A DNA stretch of 63,686 bases, the filler included, from Octopus bimaculoides (taxonomy: Eukaryota): the NCBI RefSeq assembly GCF_001194135.2. It is 6 parts of 5 records of this genome, joined end to end, with 100 filler letters (N's around TTAATTAATTAA, not from the genome) between each part and the next. Parts side by side here need not be neighbours in the genome. Positions count along the whole stretch, not along the records: positions 27,780 to 47,386 come from NC_069006.1; positions 47,487 to 56,469 come from NC_068998.1; 4 more parts are not named here. One strand, given 5' to 3'. This document shows, one piece after another, positions 39,500-52,031 of this stretch. Each line of letters opens with the position of its first letter. Position 1 is the first letter of the stretch. Under the pieces are notes generated by a model. That model saw only the letters and a program-made list of their open reading frames with translations, was not told the origin of the DNA and did no database searches. Position numbers and translations under genes: made by a program.

Positions 39500-40190
39500 A
39501 CACACACACACATTCCTCACCGTGGCTCCAGGAAGATCTATGAGCACCTCATTGATCTTGGTCACCACAGGCATAGTCTTTGGTGTGTTTCTTAACTGTG
39601 GCCCACACATAGTAATCCATGGAGTTACAATCAAGGTGGGGATGGAGGGTTAGGAAGCCATAAATTTGGGCTTGTGAAGTCATAGAAACTTTCTGACACC
39701 CACTTCCAACTCTTTCCAGAGGTACAATAAGGGGCCCGAATCCTGCTGTCACACATACGACATTCCAGCAGTCATCCTCTCCAACCAGGTTTTGACTACA
39801 GTCTCCATCAGCTTCACATTGTCATCTGAATTGGCCCTATTCAAAGATGTGGGGTGGCATGTAGTCACACTCTCTGGAGACACCCCAAAAAGTCATCACA
39901 GTTTTGGGGAGAACTTGGTTTTCAAGATATGTGGGACATGTCATGGGTTGTAGGCAAGCTACCTCTTGTTCTGAGTGTTGTGAAACTGGTCCTGACAGAA
40001 GTTCTTTTCATCTAAGAAAAACCAGATCATTCTCCACTCAACAGGATGCGTCAGCTTGTTTGAAGGGCTTCTTTGCAATTGTCAAGCAGTTCTCCTTGGC
40101 TGGAAATAATTTATCCCTTGTGTTTTATATATATATAAAACACCAGATCACCTCTTCCAATGCACCTGCCCCTCTCAGAATTCCTTGTCT
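39500..40190 (-). mobile_element. Tc1/mariner DD37D (maT) transposase remnant
   Basis: IWFFLDEKNF, MPPHIF, ETVVKTWL, QQDS, DCNSMDYYVW. The indel-damaged QQD to N.MD spacing fits DD37D. Confidence 0.85.
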
Positions 40191-40194
40191 TGCA

Positions 40195-40510
40195 AGTTAC
40201 TTTGTGACCCTGCTAGTGCTGGTGCCACGTAGGAAAGCATCCAGTCCACTTTGTAAAGTGGTTGGCATTTAGAAGGGAATCCATCTGTAAAAATCATGCC
40301 TAAACTGACCTCACCTGTGCTGGTGCCACGTAAAAAGCACTGAGTCTAGTCCCTAGAGTGGTTGGTGTTAGGAAGGGCATCCAGCTGCAAAAACCGTGCA
40401 AAAACCCTGCAAAAACAGACACAGTAGCCTGGGGTAGTCTTCTGTCCAGCTGGCTCCTGTTGACCGTCCTACCCATGTATGCATGGAAGACGAATGTTAA
40501 ACAATGATGA
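40195..40510 (+). mobile_element. RTE-type 3' UTR fragment
   Basis: GTGCTGGTGCCACGTAAAAAGCAC subrepeats, GGAAGGGCATCCAGC, ends GTTAAACAATGATGAT. Confidence 0.75.
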
Positions 40511-40514
40511 TATA

Positions 40515-41341
40515 TGAGGTCTGATCAATAAGTATCCGGACTGTTGCCATAGTAATGAAGCTAAAGCATGCAGAGTGAAGCCACTTGGCAAAGATTGACC
40601 TTGAACTCTGCTGTGCATGCACACCAAGTTCTAGTTCACTTCTGCAGTTTACAGCAGTGCTTGGAAGGAAGGTGTGTAGCATGTGATCATCACATTGACC
40701 ATGACTGAGAAAGTTGTCATGGTGATACCTGCTCAGGGGCCTACGCAAAGTTGCTGAAAGTGTATGGAGAGGAGTGTATGAGCCACACACAAGTGTACGA
40801 GTGGTTCAGACGTTTCTAAGATAGCTGAAAAATGTTGATATTGACGAACGTTGTGGGAGACCTGCAGCCAGCAGAACTGAGAAAAATACTACATGTGCAT
40901 GTGGCTGTGAGGAGAAATTATCGAATCATCAACCATGAATTATCAGAGGATGTGGAGATTAATTACGGTTCAGATCAGTCCATTATTACTGAAGATTTGG
41001 GTATGAGACGCGTGTCTGCCAAGCTTGTGCCAAAACTGATTTCAGCTGACCAAAAAGACACTCTGGGTTTCTTGTTGAGAACAATGAAAACGTTTTGTAA
41101 ACTTTGCATAGTCCTCTGAGCAGGTATCACCAAGCTTTTGGCAAAATTTGATGCAGATTCTCTGCTCAACTTTCTCTGTCATGGTCAATGCAATGATCAC
41201 ATGCTACACACCTTCCTTCCAAGCACTGCTGTAACCAGCAGAAGTGAGCTAAAACGTTAAAACTCTGCCAAGTGGCTTCACTCTGCCTGCTTCAGCTTCA
41301 TTACTATGGCAACGGTCCGGATGCTTATGGATTAGACCACA
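40515..41341 (+). mobile_element. Mariner-derived element with two inverted 5' ends, TA TSD
   Basis: TA at 40513-14 and 41342-43. Left arm TGAGGTCTGATCAATAAGTATCCGGAC is mirrored at the right end. Internal VYEWFRRF...GRP...GMRRVSAKLVPKL. Confidence 0.9.
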
Positions 41342-41660
41342 TATTTACTTCAGCCATGTAACCACACATGTACTTTTCTCAGACTATTCTTTTCCTTCTC
41401 TCTAGTCCTTTCCTCTTTCTGACAAAGAACCAGGCTTAAAACCTACACCCACCCACCCCACACACATTTTTTGTCCTATCTTAAACTGAGTGTCAGCCTT
41501 ATACATTCACTGTGTACATCTGTTTGACTTTTATTTTTTTAATTTTTGCTTTTATTTATTATTTGCCTACATACATACATACATACATACATACATACAT
41601 ACACACATACATACATACACATATCAATGTGTTAAAATTCTCTTTGTTTTTAACATCCAG

Positions 41661-41966
41661 AATGGGAGATAGGATCATCTTCTGGTCAATCTGACATATT
41701 TCCTCGAATCAAGATTGGTACCGGCAAAAGTAAGAAGGTCTCCTTGATCAACGGTCAGTTGTTTATGGATGGTGCTTCAGGCAATGACTCTATGTCTATA
41801 TCAATGATGGCTAAACGGAACTGGACAAATGACCAGTCAATTGAAGAGACCAAAAAGTCATCAGTTTTCCAGATGGAACCAGGGCGATGTCTCCACTACA
41901 GCTTGTATGCGGTCAGCAAATCTCATCTGGCTGCACCTATCAATCTACCACCTACTTGTATCACTA
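41661..41966 (+). CDS. Giant FN3/Ig-like repeat protein, exon C (306 bp, phase 1 to 1)
   Basis: Acceptor ttgtttttaacatccAG, donor ACT A|GTAAGT. Joins as ...AFY-EWEIGSSSGQSDIFPRIKIG, continuing the FN3-like Y.W.IG motif. Confidence 0.88.
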
Positions 41967-43058
41967 GTAAGTCGATATTTCATTTCTTCTTCTTCTTCTT
42001 TTTCTTTTCTTCTTCTTCTTCTTTTTCTTCTTCTTCTTCTTCTTCTTCTCAATTCCCAGATGGGGAGTGCCTGTATTATCTATGGAGATTTATCTTTGTC
42101 AATCCACTGCCTTTCGCATTGAACATGGTCATAAAAGATCCATTTTTCATTACCTGTAATGATATTATCAAGAAACGGGTCATTTCTCTGCCTTGAATGA
42201 AGACTTCTTGCTATGGACTAGCAACCTTCCCTATTCTTCTCACTCAGAGTGTGTAGGAACCCAAGAACCCAGCTTGCAGGTTTTTCTTATCTTTTATAAG
42301 TGGCAGGAGATGTGTTGAGGTCAATTGTTAATTCCTGAATATTTTTACGAGGACTGAAATCCACTAATTCTCTTAAAGCATTTTGATCAAAGGTTAATGA
42401 GCGTCCTGGTCTGAGTTGATCTCTCAATGACAAGTCTCTGGAACAAAACTTTGAAAACCAATTTTACACTTGCCAGTCAATAATGACACCTTCGCCAGAA
42501 ACATTGCATATTTTCTGAGCTGTTTTAGTAGCATTTCTTCCATTCTTAAACTCTCGCACCACATCTTAAATATGCACTTTCAATTCATCCATTTTTAGGG
42601 GAGTGAAATTTGATATTAAACTATGATGTGTGGATAGGTCCAGGCGTAGCTGTGTGTTGAAAAGCTTGCTTCCCAATCACATGGTTCTGGGTTCAGTCCC
42701 ACTACATGGTATTTTGGGCAAGTGTCTTCTACTATAGCCTTGGGCCAACTAAAACTTTGTGAGTGGATTTTGTGGATGGAAACTGAAAGAAGCCCATCAT
42801 ATATATATAAATTCTTTTACTTTTTTATTCTTTTATTTGTTTCAGTCATTTGACTGCAGTCATGCTGGAGCACTGCCTTTAGTCAAACACATCGACCCCA
42901 GAACTTATTCTTTGTAAGCCTAGTACTTGTCCTATCGGGCTCTTTGCTGAACTGCTAAGTTATGGGGACATAAACATACCAGCATCAGTTGTCAAGTGAA
43001 GTTTTAGGGGACAAACACCGGCACACAAATACACACACACACACATATATACATACAC

Positions 43059-44450
43059 CCTAGCGGTTGAGGGAACCTGTGGAAGAGGTAGACCCAGGAA
43101 GACCTGGAATGAGGTGGTGATGCACAACCTTCGAACATTAGGCCTCACTGAGGCAATGACTAGTGACTGGGACCTTTGGAAATATGCAGTGCATGAGAAG
43201 ACCCGGCAAGCCAAGTGAGACTATAACCCGTGGCCTCTGCCAAGAGTGTAGCCAGCTCACTTATTCATTGTTGTTGGCACTCCATCGCTTACGACGTCGA
43301 GGGTTCCAGTTGATCCGATTAACGGAACAGCCTGCTCGTGAAATTAACGTGCAAGTGGCTGAGCACTCCACAGACACGTGTACCCTTAACGTAGTTCTCA
43401 GGGATATTCAGCGTGACACAGAATGTGACAANNNNNNNNNNNNNNNNNNNNNNNNNNNNNNNNNNNNNNNNNNNNNNNNNNNNNNNNNNNNNNNNNNNNN
43501 NNNNNNNNNNNNNNNNNNNNNNNNNNNNNNNNNNNNNNNNNNNNNNNNNNNNNNNNNNNNNNNNNNNNNNNNNNNNNNNNNNNNNNNNNNNNNNNNNNNN
43601 NNNNNNNNNNNNNNNNNNNNNNNNNNNNNNNNNNNNNNNNNNNNNNAGCACGGTTCGCCACCATCATCCCCTGCCGGAGCCTCGTGGAGCTTTAGGTGTT
43701 TTCGCTCAATAAACACTCACAACACCCGGTCTGGGAATCGAAACCGCGATTCTATGACCGCGAGTCCGCTGCCCTAACCACTGGGCCATTGCGCCTCCAC
43801 TCACTTATTCATATGTTTACTTTATTGGACGCAAAACTCTGCTTGCGAAGACCTGTTGAGGCAAGTGAAATCGACATCAAACCAAATTCAATGACTGGCA
43901 CCCATGCCAACCTCTCCTTCATTGGACACAAAACTCTGCTTGCGAAGACCTGTTGGGGCAAGTGAAATCGAAATTGTAATTGAACCATATTCGATGACTG
44001 GCACCTGTACCAGTGGAGCACTAACAGCACCGTCTGAGCGTGATCATTGCCAGAGCAGCTGTCTGGCTTCCGTGCCAGTGGAACGTAAATAGCACCATTT
44101 GAGCGTAATCGTTACCAGCATCACCTTCTAGCACTTGTGCTGGTGGCACGTTAGAAAATCATTCAATCGAGGTCATTGCCAGTGCCATTGGACTGGCTCC
44201 CATGCAGGGGGCATGTAAAAAACACTTTTTTGAGCATGGCTGTTGCCAGTACTGCGTGACTGGCCCTCGTGCCGGTGGCACGTAAAAGTACCCACTGCAC
44301 TCTCAGAGTGGTTGGCGTTAGGAAGGGCATCCGGCAGTAGAAACTCTGCCAGATGAGATTGGAGCCTGGTGTAGCCATCTGGTTCGCCAGTCCTCAGTCA
44401 AATCGTCCAACCCATGCTAGCATGGTAAGCGGACGTTAAATGATGATGAT
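43059..44450 (+). mobile_element. 5'-truncated RTE LINE: ORF end plus 3' UTR, (GAT)n tail
   Basis: VEGTCGRGRPRKTWNEVV..NLRTLGL......DLWKYAV.EKT* then a UTR with ~95 bp duplication (43825-44010) and ~60 bp subrepeats. Confidence 0.85.
43269..43799 (-). mobile_element. Young tRNA-derived SINE with 13-bp TSD
   Basis: A box TGGCCCAGTGGTTAGG, B box GGTTTCGATTCC; TSD CTCACTTATTCAT at 43256-43268 and 43800-43812; gap inside. Confidence 0.9.
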
Positions 44451-44824
44451 ATATATATATATATATATATACATATATACGACGGGCTTCTTTCAGTTTC
44501 CATATACCAAATCCACTCACAAGGCTTTGGTTGGCCCAAGGCTATAGTAGAAGACACTTACCCAAGGTTCCACACAGTGGGACTGAACCTGGAACCATGT
44601 GGTTGGTAAGCAAGCTACTTACCACACAGCCACTCCTGCGCCTACATATATGCATATGCTTGTGTTTACATCCCCATAACTTAGCGGTTCGGCAAAAGAG
44701 ACAGATGAAATAAATACTAGGCCTACAAAGAATAAGTCCTTGGGTTGATTTTGTTCAACTAAAGACAGTGCTCCAGCATGGCCGCAGTCAAATGTCTGCA
44801 ACAATTAAAAGAATAAAAGAAAAT

Positions 44825-44859
<35 letters not shown>

Positions 44860-45020
44860 TACATACACACACATGTATGTATTTGTGTGTGCATGTGTGT
44901 GCACATGTATGTATGTGTGTGTGTGTAAAGAAAACAATTATACACATATTTAAGCATGTTAATTGAACAGACACATTCTAATATATTTTAATGATGCCCC
45001 CCTCCCTTTATTTACAACAG

Positions 45021-45134
45021 GAAAAACTGATGCAATAGAGAGTTTCAACACTTCTGTGACTAGAACCATCGACCTGAGTGGTGGTGGAAAACCAGGAAGA
45101 AAAAGTCAGCATGGAATTAAACTCAAGCTGGAAG
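45021..45134 (+). CDS. Giant FN3/Ig-like repeat protein, exon D (114 bp, phase 1 to 1)
   Basis: Acceptor cctccctttatttacaacAG, donor GAA G|GTAATT; open RKTDAIESFNTSVTRTIDLSGGGKPGRKSQHGIKLKLEG; phase matches exon C. Confidence 0.7.
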
Positions 45135-46239
45135 GTAATTAATTATAAACGTCTTTTTTATTATTTTATTATATATCTTTTACTTGTTTCTGTCTGGCCC
45201 GTTTAGGGGGTGGGGGCTAAGAAAACAGGACATTGAAATGATGAGGGTGGTAGTGGTGATGATGATGAAGATGACTGAGATGATGATGGTGATGATGATG
45301 AAAATGACAGAGATGATGATAAGGAGGAGGAGGAGGTGGTGGACGACAACAACGATGATGATGATGGCTATGAGGACAATGACGATGACGATGATGATGA
45401 TGATGATGCTAATGATGACAGTGATGATGACAACAATGATGGTGATGATGATGATGACAATAATGATGACAGTATGATGATGATGACAATGATGACAGAG
45501 ATGACGATGATGATGACGATGGTGATGACGACAATGAAGATGATGATAATGATGACTAGGATGATTGTTTCAACATGGAAAGATTACCGTAGTCATCTCA
45601 TGAACTAAACAGGTATGATAATTCCTAAATGAATTGGTTATCAGGTGCATGCATGGCTGCATGGATAAGTAGCTTGCTTCTCAACCATGTAGCCATGGGT
45701 TCAGTTCCACCGTAACTCCAGGTGGCTGACTTTTGTCTGGTGAGTGGATTCGGTAGATGGAAACTGAAAGAAGCTTGACTGGAGTGACGTGAAATAAAGT
45801 GTTTTGCTCAAGAACACATCGTACTGCCCGGTTCAGGAATTGAAATCACAATCTCATGATGACGAGTACAACACTTTACAACTGAGTCACACACCTCAAT
45901 TCAACAATGGAACAATGAAGAAATGCAGTGTATATAGAACTTCATCCTTATTCTTTGTTATGTCCACTTTTCTATGCTTGCATGGGTCAGATTCCAAGTA
46001 AGGTAATATTTCCCCCATGGACAGATGTGGTTTCTATGGAAGACTGGAATCAAAGAAGATCACTTGCATGATGGTAATGCTTGTTTATAGCTTCTTGCAT
46101 TATTCCAGTTTTGCCCAACAACTTTTTTACCAAACTGCCAAGTTATGGGGATGTAAACCCACCAATGCCAGTCGTCAAGCAGTGGTGGGAGACAAACACA
46201 CACACACATACATAAACATATATATATATATATGTATAT

Positions 46240-46400
46240 ATATATGATGGGCTTCTTTCAGTTTCCATCTACCAAATCAACTCACAAGGCTTTGGTCCAC
46301 CGGTGGCTGTAGTAGAAGAGAATATTTATGCAACATTCCACACAGTGGGACTGAACCCAGGACCATGTGGTTGGGAAGCAAGCTTCTTACCACAGCCACT
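46240..46400 (-). mobile_element. SINE head fragment
   Basis: GGGCTTCTTTCAGTTTCC...ACCACACAGCCAC; another degenerate copy on + at 45650-45780. Confidence 0.75.
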
Positions 46401-46627
46401 TATCCACCTACACACACACACATATATATATTTGCAGGCATGGTTGTGTATATATATATATATATAAAATCAAAAAATATGAAGACAACGCAAGCGAACA
46501 ACAAACAAGATGTATCAAAGTTAATCCTCAGTAAAAATGGAAGAAGTTTTTGATGTTTTAAAAGGAGAGAAGAGGAAAGAAAAAAGATGGAGAGAAAAAA
46601 AACGAGTCTGAGTCAAATTTATAAATA

Positions 46628-46860
46628 TACTAGCAGTATAACCCGACGTTGTCTGGGTGTGACTTATTACGCCACCTACGGTAAGTCTTGCTAGGTGAAA
46701 ATCAACTAAAAAAGAAAGCCTTACAATGAAAAAACCCCTATGATGTAAATATGTTCATAATTCAAAAGACGAAATTAATAGGGGAAGTCTGAAGGCTGTT
46801 TTGCGTAACATTATTAATCGTACGTAAATGTATATATATATGGGCAACACGCACACTAAA
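46628..46860 (+). mobile_element. Possible Helitron-like non-autonomous element 5' end
   Basis: TACTAGCAGTATAACCCGACGTTGTCTGGG resembles ACTAGC...CCCGGCGTTGCCCGGG starts of invertebrate Helitron-like repeats; extent uncertain. Confidence 0.3.
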
Positions 46861-47869
46861 TAAAAAAGATGTTAGTAAGTAAAAGTGTTTTAAAAAAGAT
46901 TGTTAAATTTTCAGATTAACACCCGTACGATTTTCACTACAGTGTTAGGGTTTGTTAGGGTTAGGTAGGTAATGATGCGGGTGTTTATCTCAAGATTTAC
47001 GAAAAGATTTTCAAAAAAAACTCGCAGTTTGTAGGGAATAAATGTTTGTTGATCGTATTTGAGTAAGATGTCTCGCTGGTAAATGACGGTGTTAGAAATG
47101 GAAAGTAAACTTATAATACCCACCAATTAGAATGAGGTCATTGGTAACCATAGGTACATATATATGTGTGTATTTACGTATGATTGGCAGCGTGTCTGTT
47201 TATTTGACACTCACTCCCCTTTGTTTCTTTGTCTTTTTTCTTGGATCATTCGTAAGCGTTCATAAGAGAAAGTAGCAATTGAAACGATGTGTAAGAGGAA
47301 TAGAAATAGTTAATTTTAGAGGGACAAAGTAATTTTGTATGTAGTTTTTAGTATCTGTCATTACAGTATCGAAATGTGATTGTTTCNNNNNNNNNNNNNN
47401 NNNNNNNNNNNNNNNNNNNNNNNNNNNNNNTTAATTAATTAANNNNNNNNNNNNNNNNNNNNNNNNNNNNNNNNNNNNNNNNNNNNCCCCCTGTGTAAGT
47501 GTATCTCAAGGACACAAAGAAAATGGAAAAGGGGGCGAGGTGAGAAATTAAGGAGCAGATGATGAGGGTTGTTCACCCCAGAGTCCCGTTGTGTTTCAAC
47601 AAGTTTAACAACAATGCTAAGGAAAATAATCTGAGGTTGATTATTGGTACAGACATTTGACTGGTATCGACTTTATTTCATAAATATTTGCCATAAAGGC
47701 ATTACAAAGAAGGGACGAACAAGGACAGACAAACATAAAAGGGGTGAAGCAGCTGTATCGATTAAATATTTACAATTTTAAATACACAATAATAATTTGA
47801 TTATATTTACAATGTTCGATTAAAGCATTGCTCATTACATATGCAACACACACACACACACACGCACGT

Positions 47870-48050
47870 ATGTTTCCATTTATATACACAAAGCTGCTTC
47901 GGAATCCTGTGTGAGAGATGATCTGACCCCATAAGCTGTATTTTGATGGGGACAGCTTCAATAACTGATAAGTTGTATTTTGTTAATACCTCACTGTTAT
48001 GAATATGGTCATTCGGTTTTATGTTGGAGATAATACGCAAGCATCGCATA
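47870..48050 (-). mobile_element. RTE LINE C-terminal fragment
   Basis: RCLRIISNIKPNDHIHNSEVL......IEA...KIQL....RIPKQL. Confidence 0.8.
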
Positions 48051-49494
48051 TGAAGAGCTCTTTCGGTTGTGTATATAAAATGATAGATACATTTACGTAT
48101 CTATATATCTATGTATTATTTATAAACAAACATCAGCGTACGATGAAGCAATATTGATAAACAGTGAATCTAGTGCGATTTATAAAAACACTGTAGAATA
48201 GATTAAATATACAACAGCAAATGTTCACAAAGCTAAGTGTATATTCGTGTATCCGAAACCATTATATATATATATATATATACACAAAGACATTTCGAAC
48301 TTATTTACTGGTAATGAGAAACGTATAAATAGCTTCGATATTTTACATTATCATGACAACAGAAAAGTTTTCGTAAATTAAAAGGTTTTAAACCGATTAG
48401 GAAACAAAACAATCAACACAGAATTATTAAAGAAGAGAAATCGTAAAAAGAAAAACAATAAACAATAAGGATCCGAAGTGAACGTCCTTACCATTTTTCT
48501 ATTGAGATGTTCTGTGTTTCTTTCAATTCATTTTAAATATAACAAAGAATTTAGTAAAAATAACTTAGTTATCATTAAGCTAGTAATTAGGAACATAAAT
48601 TGTGACTAAGGTTTCAAAACTTATGAAAACAAGACATTTGTATTCCAGAGCCAGGAACGGTTTGAGGTGGTTTGGAACCAAAAGGGTTTAATAGTGAAGA
48701 AGAGAGGAATTAGAACGAAAATGGAAAATAAAAGGAGTTTTTTTTCTTCTTAATACTTATATAAATAGAAATTTGGAAACGTACCAGGTTGACCAGTCTA
48801 AGAGTAGCTAAATCATCAGCCCATACGGTATATAACAGAAGTAAGAAATAACCAATTCCAAGCTGCATGATTTCATCAAAACAACAAAGTCTTTAAATAT
48901 TGTAGATTTCAAAGGCAGGTAACTCTGTTTGGGTTATTGTAAATGACTCACGTGATTAAAAATAATTGTTCATTTCGTTTTGGGCTTTTTTTTTTTCCCC
49001 GGGAAAACGACAGTTTAAAGTGGTAGATTCGTTCAATTCCTTTATGTCGGCTGTATAACTCCTGCGTCAGCTTTAAACTAAAACTGGAAATTCAGGGAAT
49101 TCTAAAGCAATGATATCAGGTTCCAGGAATTAAAAGTTCGTTTCAAGTGAATATATTTGCATATTCATTCTTAACTTGTCTAGGCCTGTTAAGACGGAAC
49201 CTATGCGAGGCGCTGTACTATTTATCTGTTTAAATATTAAATAGAAAAAAAATTAATAATAATAATAGCAGGCTCAAATTTTAAAGAGAGCAAGGACAAA
49301 AGTTCCACTGCCGCTTATACATTATTTAAGAGTGTAGCCAGTGATACGGAGAGCTGTTCGCTGGCTCCTTCCTTAAAAAGCAAGCAGGCGTTTATAAAGC
49401 AGTCGCCTTGTGTTGTCTGCACACCCGATGCGCAACCTCACTGAATGGTCTACGCTACTATTTTGATTATCAGCTGTTCAGGTTTTTTTTTTTT

Positions 49495-49866
49495 TTTTTA
49501 CTTGTTTCAGTCATTTGACTGCAGCCATGTTGGAGCACTGCTTTCAGTCGAACAAATGAACCCCAGGACTTACTGTTTGTAAGCCTAATACTTATTCTAC
49601 CGGGCTCTTTTGCCGACCCGCTAAGTTACGTTGCCAAGCAAAGGTGGACCCCACCACCACCACCACACACACACACACACACACACAGACACACACACAT
49701 ACACACACACACATACACACACACACACATACAATGGGTTTCGTTCAGTTTCCGTCTACCAAATCCACTCACAGGACCTTCGTCGGTCCGAGGCTATAGT
49801 AGAAGTCACTGAACCCAGGGCCATGTGGTTGGGAAGCAAGCTTCTTACCACACAGCCACGCCTGCA
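49495..49866 (-). mobile_element. Full-length SINE with central (CA)n
   Basis: Reverse complement of the 29937 family. Confidence 0.9.
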
Positions 49867-50369
49867 GAAAAGAACTCAGTGGTCGTAGTAGACGGTTCCC
49901 ATCTGTCAACGATATAAATGCGAGTGCTTTTAGGCATCACTGGTCCATATGTGGGGTTCTGTCTAAATGNNNNNNNNNNNNNNNNNNNNNNNNNNNNNNN
50001 NNNNNNNNNNNNNNNNNNNNNNNNNNNNNNNNNNNNNNNNNNNNNNNNNNNNNNNNNNNNNNNNNNNNNNNNNNNNNNNNNNNNNNNNNNNNNNNNNNNN
50101 NNNNNNNNNNNNNNNNNNNNNNNNNNNNNNNNNNNNNNNNNNNNNNNNNNNNNNNNNNNNNNNNNNNNNNNNNNNNNNNNNNNNNNNNNNNNNNNNNNNN
50201 NNNNNNNNNNNNNNNNNNNNNNNNNNNNNNNNNNNNNNNNNNNNNNNNNNNNNNNNNNNNNNNNNNNNNNNNNNNNNNNNNNNNNNNNNNNNNNNNNNNN
50301 NNNNNNNNNNNNNNNNNNNNNNNNNNNNNNNNNNNNNNNNNNNNNNNNNNNNNNNNNNNNNNNNNNNNN

Positions 50370-50665
50370 TAATCGACCCCGAAATGATGAAAGACAACGT
50401 CGACCTCGGCGGAATTTGAACTCAGAAAGTAAAGGCAGACGAAATACCGCTGAGCATTTTCCCCAGCGTGCTGACGCTTCTGCCAGATCGCTGCCCTCAG
50501 ACATACATGCATATTCTTTCCCACTCTAGGCACAAAGTCCGAAATTTTGGGGGTGGAGACCAGTCGATTAGATCGACCCCAGTGCGTAACTGGTACTTAA
50601 TTAATCGACCCCGAAAGGATGAAAGGCAAAGTCGACCTCGGCAGAATTTGAACTCAGAACGTAAA
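50370..50665 (-). mobile_element. Two Nin-domain-like SINE pieces
   Basis: GTCGACCTCGGCGGAATTTGAACTCAGAA cores at ~50400 and ~50630. Confidence 0.8.
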
Positions 50666-51630
50666 CGCACTACCCGCCCTCCTCCAGCAAACCTTTACTT
50701 AGAAAATAAACGAATGATTTCTGATGATGCTTAATAAAAGCTAAAACTAGTCAGATTTCTTTTATTGTTTACTGAGGGCTAAACCTGTTGCGTAACCATT
50801 TTGTTTACTTTTCACAGCTAATCTTAAACTGTGTAGTAATTAAAAACAAACCCGATGACCCTTTTCCACATAAGTATCTGAAATATCACCGGAATTCTAC
50901 ATATCGTTGGCAGCTTTGGCTGGTAATCAAGCTAGCGAACGGCTGTCACTGAAAAGAACGCAGTACGTCGAAATCACATGAACTAGTAGTTCTGGTGCCC
51001 GTAGCGAACAATTCTCGTCTGCCTACGATGTAAATGTGTGTTTTATGCACCATGCGTCTATATGAGAAGACCTCTCAATGTCAGTATTCAGCATTCTAAC
51101 AAAACGTCCATGTCGTTAATAATAATTATTTTTACACGATTAAATTTTATCCTGAATTTCTAATTATTCTCAACCCTCCCCACCACTGTATAGAACAGTA
51201 TCTATAAATTAATTTACGCTACCTGTGGCTGCACTGTAATGCAAATTTGACACGCTAATTTAGTTCTCTGCGAGGTGATACACACTATAAATAGTTAAAG
51301 CCATAATTCTCTCCGTGGACAGAAAATATATTCGCAATATATTCGTAAAAATTAATTCCATGTTCTAGTTGCAAATAGATGCGGGTGCGTGGATGTACGT
51401 GCGAACAAGTGTGTGCTTGTGCGTGTGTCTGTGTATACACGTACATATATACAAGCATATACATATTTCTTTTATTTTGCACACACACACACACACACGC
51501 ATATGTACACACACTTATGTATATATGATACATAATGATTTACTATTGTCATTTTGTTTTTGTTATGTACTTGTTTCTATTCAGACACTTCATGGTTTCT
51601 TAGTGACCAGTAAGATCCTTATTGTATCTA

Positions 51631-51667
<37 letters not shown>

Positions 51668-51993
51668 CACAGAGAACCAAACATAAAGAGCGAAAACGTG
51701 ACAGCAAAAGGATTAATGTGCTACGCGAGCCAAAATATTGCAGGAAGTGAATGACATTCAGGATATTAGAAAGTTTAACTTACTATTGTTGGTTTCTCTT
51801 GGACATGTTAACCTAGTTTTGTATGGTTTCTACAGCACAAAAACCACAAACGCAATTCAACGTCGTAACACGTCTTCTCTGGTTGTGAACAACACACGAC
51901 TATAACAATTGAAGTCCTTAAAATTCTTGGCCCCACGATCTCAAGGTCAGGATCTGTTTATCTATAGGTCTGAATATATTCATCTGCAGATTC

Positions 51994-52031
<38 letters not shown>

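Larger units (their letters stand above)
42820..44641 (-). mobile_element. Inner SINE split by an RTE insertion (tail 42820-43050, head 44470-44641)
   Basis: Both halves on -, with microsatellite remnants at each junction. Confidence 0.7.
42646..44825 (+). mobile_element. Outer SINE split by nested insertions (head 42646-42810, tail 44660-44825)
   Basis: Head and tail of the 29937 family on + flank an inner reverse copy. Confidence 0.7.

Noticed and set aside
45938-46066. Phase-1 terminal exon of the giant gene (ELHPYSLL...RRSLA*)
   Set aside because: Acceptor lacks a pyrimidine tract and the peptide shows no family motif; unproven
46945-46965. TTAGGG motifs as interstitial telomere
   Set aside because: Only two or three imperfect copies inside a probable interspersed repeat
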